Origin: a bacterium
GTDB taxonomy: Bacteria > Sysuimicrobiota > Sysuimicrobiia > Sysuimicrobiales > Humicultoraceae
Length of the DNA stretch: 27,319 nucleotides
Assembly: GCA_041497675.1 (NCBI GenBank)
Contig: JBGQGY010000036.1
Span: 1 to 27,319 of the forward strand
Direction: 5' to 3'
Made by a program: the position numbers and the translations under genes. This document shows, piece by piece, positions 1-7,490 of this stretch; positions within the stretch are counted from its first letter, which is position 1, and the number at the start of each line of letters is the position of its first letter. The notes beneath the pieces are model-generated. The model did no database searches. It was given only the letters and a program-made list of their open reading frames with translations, and was not told the origin of the DNA.

Positions 1-32
1 ACGCCGGTCCAGGGCGACCCCTCACGCCTCAT
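1..32 (-). CDS. ABC-2 type transporter permease, N-terminal fragment (runs off the left edge)
   Basis: ATG at 32 preceded by GGAGG-acagt. Reads [10 protein letters not shown], overlaps the 3' end of the ABC ATPase gene and sits where the permease is expected. Only 10 codons are visible. Confidence 0.6.
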   Translation of the reverse strand, partial: MRREGSPWTG

Positions 33-957
33 ACTGTCCTCCGTGGAAGTGCCGCGCGTATATTTCATCCAGACTCGGGCGCTCGAGCGACAAACTCAAC
101 AAGGGGACGCCCTTTGAAACGACGCGCCTCGCGATTTCGGCGCGGCAGTCGCTCTTGGCTTCGAGCCGGTAGATCGACCCATCTTCGCGAGAGACGCCGA
201 CCACACCCGGCGTCCCCGCAAGCGTCTCGTCGAGCCCGTCCCCGATCACCTCGAGCCTGATCCGATACGCGCCGCCCAGCACTTGATCGGCCAGGGTTTC
301 GACGGTGCCCTGCAGGACCATCCGGCCCTTGTGGAAGAGCCCGACCCGGTCGCACACGGCCTGCACTTGGTGCAGCAGGTGCGAGGACAGCAGCACGACC
401 AGACCGTCGCGCTTCAGGTCGAGGATCAGATGGAGGAACTCGTTGGCGGCCTCGGGGTCGAGTCCCAACGTCGGCTCGTCCAGGATGGCTACCACCGGCT
501 GTTTGAGCAAGACTTCCGCCAGACCGAGACGCTGGCGCATGCCGCGAGAATAGGTGCCGACGCGGCGCTCGGAGACATCGGCCAGCCCCATCCGGGCGAG
601 CACATCCGTGATCCGCCGGTTGCCCTCCTGCCAGCTCAGACCGTTGAGCCTGGCAATGTACCCCAGGTTCTCGGTCGCGGTAAGGTCGTCGTAGAAACCG
701 ACCGAATCGGGTAGGTAGCCCACGCGGCGCTTCACTTCGAGCGGCTGGCGGGCCGGATCGAACCCGAGTACACGCGCGTCGCCCGACGTGGGTTCGGAGA
801 GCCCCAACAGCATCAGGATCGTCGTGGTCTTTCCCGAGCCGTTGGGCCCGAGGAGGCCGAACACTTCGCCTTCCTGCAGCGTCAGATTGAGGTTGTCGAC
901 CGCCACCACCTGGCCGTAGTGTTTGGTCAGATTGGTGGTCTGGATCACCGCGCTCAT
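22..957 (-). CDS. ABC transporter ATP-binding protein (ABC-2/DrrA-like)
   Basis: Walker [10 protein letters not shown], signature YSRGMRQR, Walker B ILDEP, H-loop SSH. ATG at 957 overlaps the upstream stop (ATGA, 954-957). Confidence 0.95.
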   Translation of the reverse strand: MSAVIQTTNLTKHYGQVVAVDNLNLTLQEGEVFGLLGPNGSGKTTTILMLLGLSEPTSGDARVLGFDPARQPLEVKRRVGYLPDSVGFYDDLTATENLGYIARLNGLSWQEGNRRITDVLARMGLADVSERRVGTYSRGMRQRLGLAEVLLKQPVVAILDEPTLGLDPEAANEFLHLILDLKRDGLVVLLSSHLLHQVQAVCDRVGLFHKGRMVLQGTVETLADQVLGGAYRIRLEVIGDGLDETLAGTPGVVGVSREDGSIYRLEAKSDCRAEIARRVVSKGVPLLSLSLERPSLDEIYARHFHGGQYEA

Positions 958-2129
958 CGACGGCCGTACCTCTGCACGGCCTGCAGGACCACGGCCACCG
1001 CGGCGAGCACGACGGCGATCCCAACCAGTCCCCACAGCCGTGACGTGACGACGGTGATGCGGAAATCCGACGAGGCCGACACGTCGCCGGCATTGACCCG
1101 CAGCGTCACCATGTAGTCGCCCGCGATCGCTTTGGCCAGCGGCTTGAGGTTCGCCGTGACGGTGGCCTCACCGTTGGGGGCGATCTCGGCGATCCGCTGC
1201 GGGTCGAACTTGATTTCCCACCCGGACGGCTCGGACGAGTTCATCTCCACGTTTCGGGCGGGCACGCCGCCGCGGTTCTTGATGATGAGTTTCATCGGTG
1301 TGGCGGACCCGGCGTACGCGCGCCCTGAGAGACGGCCGCCCTCCGCGCTGGTGATCGAGAGATCGGCCCGGCCGGTCACGGTGAGGGTCAATTTGCGCTC
1401 GGCCACCGCGTCGCCGGACCGCGCCTTCACCACGACCTCGTAGTCGCCCGCCGGGGTCGTCTGCTGGCCCAGGCTCACCTCGGTGTCAATATCGCGTGAC
1501 TCGCCCGCTTTGATGGGCAGCGTCGTGACCTGCTGACCGACGGCCGTAAACGTGACCTGCGCGCTTTTCAAGGCGGGGAGGGTCGCGTCGAGGTTGACCA
1601 GCAGATCGCGATCGCTATCGTTGCGCAGGGTCAGCCGGTAGCGGAAGCTCGACGTGGCGGCCCCGCGCAGGGTGGGCAATTCGACCTCCAGCGCCAGACG
1701 CGACGGAAGGACGTCACCCATGGTCAGGGTCAACGGCAGTTCGGCCCTCGTGCCCTGTCCTTCGGCGGCCAATCGGAAGCGGAACGTGCCGCTGCGCGTC
1801 CCAGACGGTGGTTCCAGCCGGAGGCTGACCACGATGTCTTGATCGGGCCCGACCGCCACCGCGCTCACCGTGCGGCCGGCGGCGAGAAAGCTGGCCCGCC
1901 ACCGTCCGGCGGCCTCAAGGACCCGCAGCGTCACGATCTGCGGGGGCAAACCGTAGTTCTTGACGCTCACCGTCAACGTCACGGGCTCGCCCGCGCGGAT
2001 CGTCTGCGACGGGTAGGGCGTGGACAAACCGAGCCCCTTGTATGCCGGTTGGTCGGCGGCGAAGACCGTCGTCATACCGGCACTGATGACGCTGACGACA
2101 GTGAGGATCAGGATGAGCACTCTCGGCAC
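954..2129 (-). CDS. Secreted, C-terminally membrane-anchored NEW3/NPCBM-associated (Ig-like) repeat protein
   Basis: GTG at 2129 with GGAGG 8 nt upstream. N-terminal signal peptide (ends VFA-ADQ), three beta-rich repeats ([35 protein letters not shown]) and a C-terminal TM helix followed by YGRR. Confidence 0.8.
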   Translation of the reverse strand: MPRVLILILTVVSVISAGMTTVFAADQPAYKGLGLSTPYPSQTIRAGEPVTLTVSVKNYGLPPQIVTLRVLEAAGRWRASFLAAGRTVSAVAVGPDQDIVVSLRLEPPSGTRSGTFRFRLAAEGQGTRAELPLTLTMGDVLPSRLALEVELPTLRGAATSSFRYRLTLRNDSDRDLLVNLDATLPALKSAQVTFTAVGQQVTTLPIKAGESRDIDTEVSLGQQTTPAGDYEVVVKARSGDAVAERKLTLTVTGRADLSITSAEGGRLSGRAYAGSATPMKLIIKNRGGVPARNVEMNSSEPSGWEIKFDPQRIAEIAPNGEATVTANLKPLAKAIAGDYMVTLRVNAGDVSASSDFRITVVTSRLWGLVGIAVVLAAVAVVLQAVQRYGRR

Positions 2130-2192
2130 TGCGGTCACCTCCAGGATACGTACGGACGCACAAGGCCCACGGGCCGGGGCCACCGGCGCATT

Positions 2193-2222
2193 ATTATAGC
2201 GACAACCGCCCAGATTTGTCTC
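2193..2222 (-). promoter_or_regulatory. Putative sigma70 promoter for the NEW3-ABC operon
   Basis: Perfect TATAAT on the minus strand (2198-2193) in a GC-rich context, with a weak -35 GAGACA 18 nt upstream. Confidence 0.55.
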
Positions 2223-2236
2223 CCCGATATGGGGAG
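2220..2236. terminator. GC stem-loop downstream of the FNR gene, possible terminator
   Basis: CTCCCC-gatat-GGGGAG inverted repeat about 25 nt after the FNR stop. No clear U-tract on the minus strand. Confidence 0.35.
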
Positions 2237-2259
2237 GTTTCAAAGCCGCAGGTGGTAGA

Positions 2260-3276
2260 CTACCGGGTCTGCCGGGCGACTTCCTTCTCGGCTTTGTCCA
2301 TGATCGTTGACGAGTGGCCTGGGAAGACCGAGGCGTCGGGATTGATGTACCTCGCCGCGTTGTTGACCGCGGTGGCCGCTTCGCCGAACCCGGTGGCGAT
2401 GAGCTTGAGTTTTCCGGGGAACGTGACGATATCGCCGGCCGCGTACACGCCGGGGCGATTCGTCTCCATCCGCGTATTCACGACGATGGAGTCTTCCTCT
2501 AACGTTAGGCCCCACGTGGTGATCGGGCCCAAGTTGCTGATCAACCCCAGAAATGCCAGGACCGCATCAACTTGCAGGACTTCTTCCTGGCGGGTCTTGT
2601 TCTGAAAGATGACGGCTTCCTCGACATCGGGCTCTCCGCGCAACCCGCGCAATTCGTAGAACACCTTGACCATGATGGGCGAGTCAAACACCTTCTTCAC
2701 CGAGTCGGCGTGCGCGCGGAACCCGTCACGCCGGTGGACCAGCGTGATAGACCGCGCGTAGGGCACCAGATTCAAGGCCCAATCCAGCGCGGAGTCGCCG
2801 CCACCGATCACCAGCACGTTGCGATCGCGGAAATCCTCCTTGCGGCGCACCGCGTAGTGGAGTCCGTGGCCGAGGTAGCGGTCGAGTTCTGGACGCTTGT
2901 AGGTCTTCGGCGTGAAGGCGCCGATGCCGGCGGTGATGAGCACGACCCGCGTCAGGTAGGTTTGTTCCGAGGTCCCCACGTGGATGGTGCCGTCGGGGAG
3001 GTGGTCCAGCGCGCGAATCTCCTCATTGAGCGAGACCGTCGGCTGATACTGCATGGCCTGCTCGACCAAGTTTGTCACCAAGTCCTTGCCGAGGATCTTG
3101 GGGAAACCGGCGACGTCGTAGATATTCTTGTCGGGGTAGAGAGCGGTCACCTGGCCGCCCAGGTCCGGCTGGCTATCGATGATGAGGGTTTTCAATCCCC
3201 GGAATCCGGCGTAGTACGCGGCAAACAGGCCGACCGGCCCGCCGCCGACGATGGTGAGGTCGAAAAGATCGTCCAT
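2260..3276 (-). CDS. Ferredoxin--NADP+ reductase, thioredoxin-reductase-like type 2 (YumC family)
   Basis: GGGPVG FAD motif, LGGQVTALYPDKNIYDVAGFP, GGGDSA NADPH motif, HRRDGFRAH, GDI..FPGKLKLIATGFGEA and C-terminal PGHSS. Lacks the TrxR CxxC. ATG 3276 preferred over GTG 3303. Confidence 0.9.
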   Translation of the reverse strand: MDDLFDLTIVGGGPVGLFAAYYAGFRGLKTLIIDSQPDLGGQVTALYPDKNIYDVAGFPKILGKDLVTNLVEQAMQYQPTVSLNEEIRALDHLPDGTIHVGTSEQTYLTRVVLITAGIGAFTPKTYKRPELDRYLGHGLHYAVRRKEDFRDRNVLVIGGGDSALDWALNLVPYARSITLVHRRDGFRAHADSVKKVFDSPIMVKVFYELRGLRGEPDVEEAVIFQNKTRQEEVLQVDAVLAFLGLISNLGPITTWGLTLEEDSIVVNTRMETNRPGVYAAGDIVTFPGKLKLIATGFGEAATAVNNAARYINPDASVFPGHSSTIMDKAEKEVARQTR

Positions 3277-3282
3277 GAGCGT

Positions 3283-3288
3283 ATTGTA
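3283..3288 (-). promoter_or_regulatory. -10 box for a probable leaderless FNR transcript
   Basis: TACAAT lies exactly 6 nt upstream of ATG 3276, and there is no Shine-Dalgarno sequence. Confidence 0.55.
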
Positions 3289-3296
3289 CCCATTTC

Positions 3297-3326
3297 TTGA
3301 CACCCTTGCTCGCCCCGTGTCACTGT
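3297..3326 (+). promoter_or_regulatory. Putative sigma70 promoter for the moeB/moeZ operon
   Basis: Perfect TTGACA at 3297-3302 and a weak TGn-CACTGT -10 at 3321-3326 (18 nt spacer). Confidence 0.4.
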
Positions 3327-3377
3327 ATGGAAGAACGATTGGGACGCAACCGTCCTACGTGACAGGGGGATGCGCAC

Positions 3378-4559
3378 ATGGCGGTCGGGACGCAACGCGG
3401 CGTGGCGCCGCTTCTCACCAAGGAGCAGCTGTCGCGTTACTCGCGCCAGATCATCCTCGAAGAAATGGGTGTCACCGGCCAGCGCCGGCTGCTGGACAGC
3501 AAGGTGTTGGTAGTCGGGGCCGGCGGGCTCGGCTCACCGGTATCGCTGTATCTCGCCGCGGCCGGCATCGGCACCCTGGGCATCGTCGACGGTGACCGGG
3601 TCGACCTCTCGAACCTGCATAGGCAGATTATCCACTATACCCAGGACATCGGGCGGCCCAAGACCGAGACCGCGCAGCGCACGTTGGGGGCCGTCAACCC
3701 AGACGTGAACGTGGTGCCCTATCAGACCGTCCTGACCTCGGAAAACGCGATGGACATCATCGCGGGCTACGACCTGGTCGTCAACGGCAGCGACAACTTC
3801 CCGACCCGTTATCTCGTGAACGATGCCTGTGTCCTGCTCGGCAGGCCGTTGATCGACGCCAGCATCCTCAAGTGGGAAGGGCAGGCCACCGTCTTCCTGC
3901 CCGGCCACGGCTGCTACCGCTGTCTGTTCCCCACGCCGCCGCCGCCCGGGTCGGTTCCGTCGTGCGCTGAGGGGGGCATCGTCGGGGCGATAGCGGGATT
4001 CATGGGGACCCTCCAAGCGACCGAGGCTGTGAAGATCCTGCTTGGCGTCGGCGAGACGTTGGCAAACCGGCTGTTGCTCTTCGATGCGCTGCAGGGCGAC
4101 GTGCGCACCCTGCGGTGGAGCCGCAATCCGGCCTGCCCGGCCTGCGGCGATCATCCGACGATCACGCACCTCATCGACTACGAGCAGTTCTGCGGTCTCC
4201 CCGGGCGGGGGCATGCGCCGGCCGACGTTGAGGACACGGCTCCGGCCCTCGACGCCGCCGACGCGCGGCGGGTCATTGCCGAAGGCGCCCAGTTGCTCGA
4301 CGTCCGCGAGCCTTGGGAATGGGCGGTGTCCCATATCCCCGGCGCGACGCTGATCCCCGTCGGTCAGGTGGCGCAGCGGACGTCTGAGATCGATCCAAAC
4401 CGCGTGGTCGTGGTGCAGTGCGCGAGCGGCCAGCGCAGCGCGAAGATCACCTTGTTCCTGCGCCAGGCGGGTTATACGAAAGCGTACAATCTTGCCGGCG
4501 GGATCGTCGAGTGGGCGAACCGCCAGTACCCTGTCGAGAACGGAGACGGCCGGCGGTAG
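3378..4559 (+). CDS. moeB: Molybdopterin-synthase adenylyltransferase MoeB with C-terminal rhodanese domain (MoeZ/MOCS3 type)
   Basis: RYSRQI, GAGGLG, DRVDLSNLHRQ, GSDNFPTRYLVNDAC, CYRC, SCAEGG, CPACG, then rhodanese DVREPWE...HIPGA...QCASGQRS...GGIVEW. Confidence 0.95.
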   Translation: MAVGTQRGVAPLLTKEQLSRYSRQIILEEMGVTGQRRLLDSKVLVVGAGGLGSPVSLYLAAAGIGTLGIVDGDRVDLSNLHRQIIHYTQDIGRPKTETAQRTLGAVNPDVNVVPYQTVLTSENAMDIIAGYDLVVNGSDNFPTRYLVNDACVLLGRPLIDASILKWEGQATVFLPGHGCYRCLFPTPPPPGSVPSCAEGGIVGAIAGFMGTLQATEAVKILLGVGETLANRLLLFDALQGDVRTLRWSRNPACPACGDHPTITHLIDYEQFCGLPGRGHAPADVEDTAPALDAADARRVIAEGAQLLDVREPWEWAVSHIPGATLIPVGQVAQRTSEIDPNRVVVVQCASGQRSAKITLFLRQAGYTKAYNLAGGIVEWANRQYPVENGDGRR

Positions 4560-4566
4560 ACCACCG

Positions 4567-5616
4567 GTGAACGCCGTCTCGGCGCGGCAGGCGGTTCTGC
4601 GCGGGCCGCGCGTGCTCGATCTCGACCGCATTCCCATCCCGCGGCCCGGTCCCGGCGAGGTGACCGTCCGGATCCGGGCTGCGCTCACGTGCGGCACCGA
4701 TCTGAAGACCTATCGCCGCGGCCACCCGCGGTTGCGGTACGGTCCCTTCGGTCATGAAGGCGCCGGGGATATCGCGGCCGTCGGCCCGGGCGTCACGCTC
4801 TTTCACGTTGGGCAGGCCGTCGTCTTCACTCCGACCGCAGCCTGTGGGACGTGTCCCCCCTGCGGGCAGGGTCGCGAGAACCTCTGCGCCACGCTCTTCG
4901 ACGACATGGCGCTTGGGACGTACGGTGACGTGGTACGCATCCCTTCACGAATCGTCCGGCGGCATCTCTTCCCGAAGCCTGTCCACCTGTCCTATATCGA
5001 GGCGGCCTTTGTAGAGCCGCTGGCCTGCGTGGTTCACGGCTGGCGTCGCCTCGGCGCGACCAACGGCGATCGTGTGGCGGTGATCGGCACCGGCGCGATC
5101 GGGTTGCTGCACGTTCGCGAGGCCGCGCGCCGGGGGATGGAGGTCGCGGCGGTGGGACGGCGGCCGACCGGGCTCGACCTGGCCAGACGCTTCGGTGCCA
5201 CGTCGACCATTGATGCCAAAGAGACGGATCCAGCGCTCGGGCTGCGCGCGGCGTTTGGCGACGGACCGGACATCGTGATCGAGTGCACCGGGGCGATGGA
5301 CGTGTGGCGGACTGCGCCGTCGTGGACCGCGCCGGGCGGTCGGGTGCTGCTCTTCGGCGGTCTGCCGTCTGGGAGCGAGCCCGCGTTCGATGCCGCGCGG
5401 CTCCACTACGGCGAGGTGGATCTGATTAGCGCGTTCCACTACTGTACCGCTGATGTGATGGAGTCGCTGCACCTGCTGGCCTCGGGTGCCGTCGCCCCCG
5501 CCGAGATGATCACGGGTCTGCGCGCGCTCGATGATGTCGGCGCCATCTTCGTCGATCTCGATCGCGGCGTGGGGCTCAAATACGCGGTGCTACCTGAGGG
5601 CACGCAGTGGCTGTAG
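4567..5616 (+). CDS. Zn-dependent alcohol/polyol dehydrogenase (MDR family, iditol/threonine DH-like)
   Basis: TCGTD, GHEGAG, structural Zn CGTCPPC...LC, EPLAC, GTGAIG. GTG 4567 lies just after the moeB stop. Confidence 0.88.
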   Translation: MNAVSARQAVLRGPRVLDLDRIPIPRPGPGEVTVRIRAALTCGTDLKTYRRGHPRLRYGPFGHEGAGDIAAVGPGVTLFHVGQAVVFTPTAACGTCPPCGQGRENLCATLFDDMALGTYGDVVRIPSRIVRRHLFPKPVHLSYIEAAFVEPLACVVHGWRRLGATNGDRVAVIGTGAIGLLHVREAARRGMEVAAVGRRPTGLDLARRFGATSTIDAKETDPALGLRAAFGDGPDIVIECTGAMDVWRTAPSWTAPGGRVLLFGGLPSGSEPAFDAARLHYGEVDLISAFHYCTADVMESLHLLASGAVAPAEMITGLRALDDVGAIFVDLDRGVGLKYAVLPEGTQWL

Positions 5617-5627
5617 TCCGGCCGACC

Positions 5628-6662
5628 ATGGCCCGGGCCCTCGTCTACCGCGGGCCGGGCGACCTGCGGCTCGAAGACGTTCCGCTGCCGGCGCCGGCTC
5701 GAGGAGAGATCGTGGTGCGCATTACCGCCTGCGGTCTTTGCCCCGGTGAAGTGATGGACTGGTATCTGGCGCGTCAGGCGCCGCTGTCCTTGGGACACGA
5801 GCCGGTGGGCGAGGTCGTGGAGGCCGGCGACGGCGCAGGGTTCGCGCCGGGCGAGCGGGTCTTCGTCCATCACCACGCACCGTGCATGACGTGCCGGCGG
5901 TGCCGGCGGGGCGACTTCGTGCACTGCGCGACCTGGCGCCCCCGGCGGTTGATCCCGGGCGGACTCGCCACGTACGCGCTGGTGCAGGCGGCCGCCGTGA
6001 GTACCGACACCCTGCGTGTCCCCGCCGTCCTGTCCGATGACGCGGCCACATTCATCGAGCCGCTTGCCTGCGTGGTCAAGTCGGTGCGCCGCGCGCGAGT
6101 GCGCGCCGGTGACCGGGTGCTGGTCGTCGGACTCGGCGTCATGGGGCTGCTCCACCTGTTGGTGCTGCGCGCGACCACACAGCCGTTACGGCTCCTCGCC
6201 GCCGACCGTCTTCCCGACCGGTTGGCGCGCGCCGCGGGCCTCGCCGATACGCTGCTTGACGTATCGCACCGGCCGCTGGCGCCATCCGTGGCCGATGCCA
6301 CAGATGGAGAGGGCGCCGACATCGTGATCGTCGGACCGGGAACGGTGGACGCCCTCGAGGCCGGACGAACGGCCGTCGCGCCCGGCGGCACCGTCGTCAT
6401 CTTCACGCCGACGCCCCCCGACGTCCGGTGGTCCCTGCCGGTTCACGACCTGTTCTTTAACGAGACGACGATCGTGCCCAGCTACTCGGCGGGGCCCGAC
6501 GACACAAGCGAGGCGCTGCGCCTCCTGGTCGCGGGGCTTGCGGTCGAACCGCTCATCACACACCGGCTACCGCTCTCGCGCGCGGCTGAGGGCTATGATT
6601 TGATCCGGGCCACCGGCTCCGCGCTCAAAGTGGTGGTCCGACCGGAGACTGAGTCTGGCTGA
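5628..6662 (+). CDS. Zn-dependent alcohol/polyol dehydrogenase (MDR family), second tandem paralog
   Basis: CGLCPGE, GHEPVG, HHHAPCMTCRRC...HC, EPLAC, GLGVMG, ITHRLPL. Start is ATG 5628 or GTG 5607. Confidence 0.88.
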   Translation: MARALVYRGPGDLRLEDVPLPAPARGEIVVRITACGLCPGEVMDWYLARQAPLSLGHEPVGEVVEAGDGAGFAPGERVFVHHHAPCMTCRRCRRGDFVHCATWRPRRLIPGGLATYALVQAAAVSTDTLRVPAVLSDDAATFIEPLACVVKSVRRARVRAGDRVLVVGLGVMGLLHLLVLRATTQPLRLLAADRLPDRLARAAGLADTLLDVSHRPLAPSVADATDGEGADIVIVGPGTVDALEAGRTAVAPGGTVVIFTPTPPDVRWSLPVHDLFFNETTIVPSYSAGPDDTSEALRLLVAGLAVEPLITHRLPLSRAAEGYDLIRATGSALKVVVRPETESG

Positions 6663-6676
6663 CCGAGTGCAAGTGC

Positions 6677-6705
6677 TTGCGCCTCCATGTGACTGGGACT
6701 ACAAT
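6677..6705 (+). promoter_or_regulatory. Putative sigma70 promoter for the sufA/iscA-nfu unit
   Basis: TTGCGC (6677-6682), 17 nt spacer, TACAAT (6700-6705). SD GGAGG at 6740-6744. Confidence 0.65.
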
Positions 6706-6749
6706 ACATGCGTGAGGGGAAGAGCAGGTCGTAGAATCCGGAGGAATGG

Positions 6750-7124
6750 ATGATTACGATCAGCACGACGGCGGCGGCGAAACTCTCAGAGCTGTTCAAG
6801 GAGCAAGAGGATCCCGAAACGCGGCTCCGGCTGTTCGTGACGCGGGGCGGTTGCCACGGCTTCTCGTATGGAATGGCCTTCGACCGCGAGCGCCGCGACG
6901 GGGATGAGGTCGTCGCGCAGGACGGTGTGGAAGTCCTGGTGGACCCGCTGACCTCCAAGGTGATGTCGGGCGCCCAGATCGACTATGTGCGGTCCGTCAC
7001 CGGACAGGAAGGGTTCACGGTACGCAATCCCAACGCCGTGGAGACGTGTGGCTGCGGGCACTCGTTCAGCACAGCCGACGACGCCGGCGAGCCCGACCCC
7101 TGCGACGACGGGACGAAGAACTGA
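6750..7124 (+). CDS. A-type Fe-S cluster carrier (HesB/IscA/SufA/ErpA family)
   Basis: GGCHGFSYGM and NPNA..TCGCGHSF give the three conserved Cys. The C-terminal AGEPDPC tail is reminiscent of Bacillus SufA. Confidence 0.95.
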   Translation: MITISTTAAAKLSELFKEQEDPETRLRLFVTRGGCHGFSYGMAFDRERRDGDEVVAQDGVEVLVDPLTSKVMSGAQIDYVRSVTGQEGFTVRNPNAVETCGCGHSFSTADDAGEPDPCDDGTKN

Positions 7125-7136
7125 GCGGAGGCGTCG

Positions 7137-7400
7137 ATGACCCAGCAGATGCAAGTGCAGGAGCCAGAACAGAGCATGCGGGCGCGCGTGGAGCGCGTGC
7201 TGGACACGATCCGGCCGTCTGTGCAGGGTGACGGCGGCGATATCGAGCTCGTCGACGTCGCCGACGGGATCGTGCAGATCCGGCTCGCGGGCGCCTGCGT
7301 AGGGTGTATGTATTCGATGATGACGCTGCAGGCCGGGATCGAACGCATGTTGAAGCAGGAACTCCCGGAGATCCGAGCCGTGGAGGCCGTGCCCTATTAG
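7137..7400 (+). CDS. Nfu (NifU C-terminal domain) Fe-S carrier
   Basis: IRPSVQGDGGDIELV, GACVGC (CxxC), TLQAGIERML. SD GGAGG at 7127-7131. Confidence 0.95.
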   Translation: MTQQMQVQEPEQSMRARVERVLDTIRPSVQGDGGDIELVDVADGIVQIRLAGACVGCMYSMMTLQAGIERMLKQELPEIRAVEAVPY

Positions 7401-7426
7401 CGCGACGGTACGGACCGATCGACCGG

Positions 7427-7455
7427 GGCCCGCGGCGCAGCCGGGGGCCTTTTTT
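7427..7455 (+). terminator. Rho-independent terminator after nfu
   Basis: GGCCCgCGGC-gca-GCCGgGGGCC stem (9 bp, one G.G mismatch) followed directly by T6. Confidence 0.75.
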
Positions 7456-7490
7456 GTCGCCGGCGGACATCGCGCTGCGAGGACGGACTG

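Noticed and set aside
7122..7124. Selenocysteine UGA in the HesB/IscA gene
   Set aside because: All catalytic positions are already Cys, the TGA falls after the complete domain, and the next gene has its own SD.
7401..7490. tRNA or Y-RNA-like gene beside rtcB
   Set aside because: No T-loop GTTCRA, D-loop or acceptor stem/CCA pattern; the main hairpin plus T6 is explained as a terminator.
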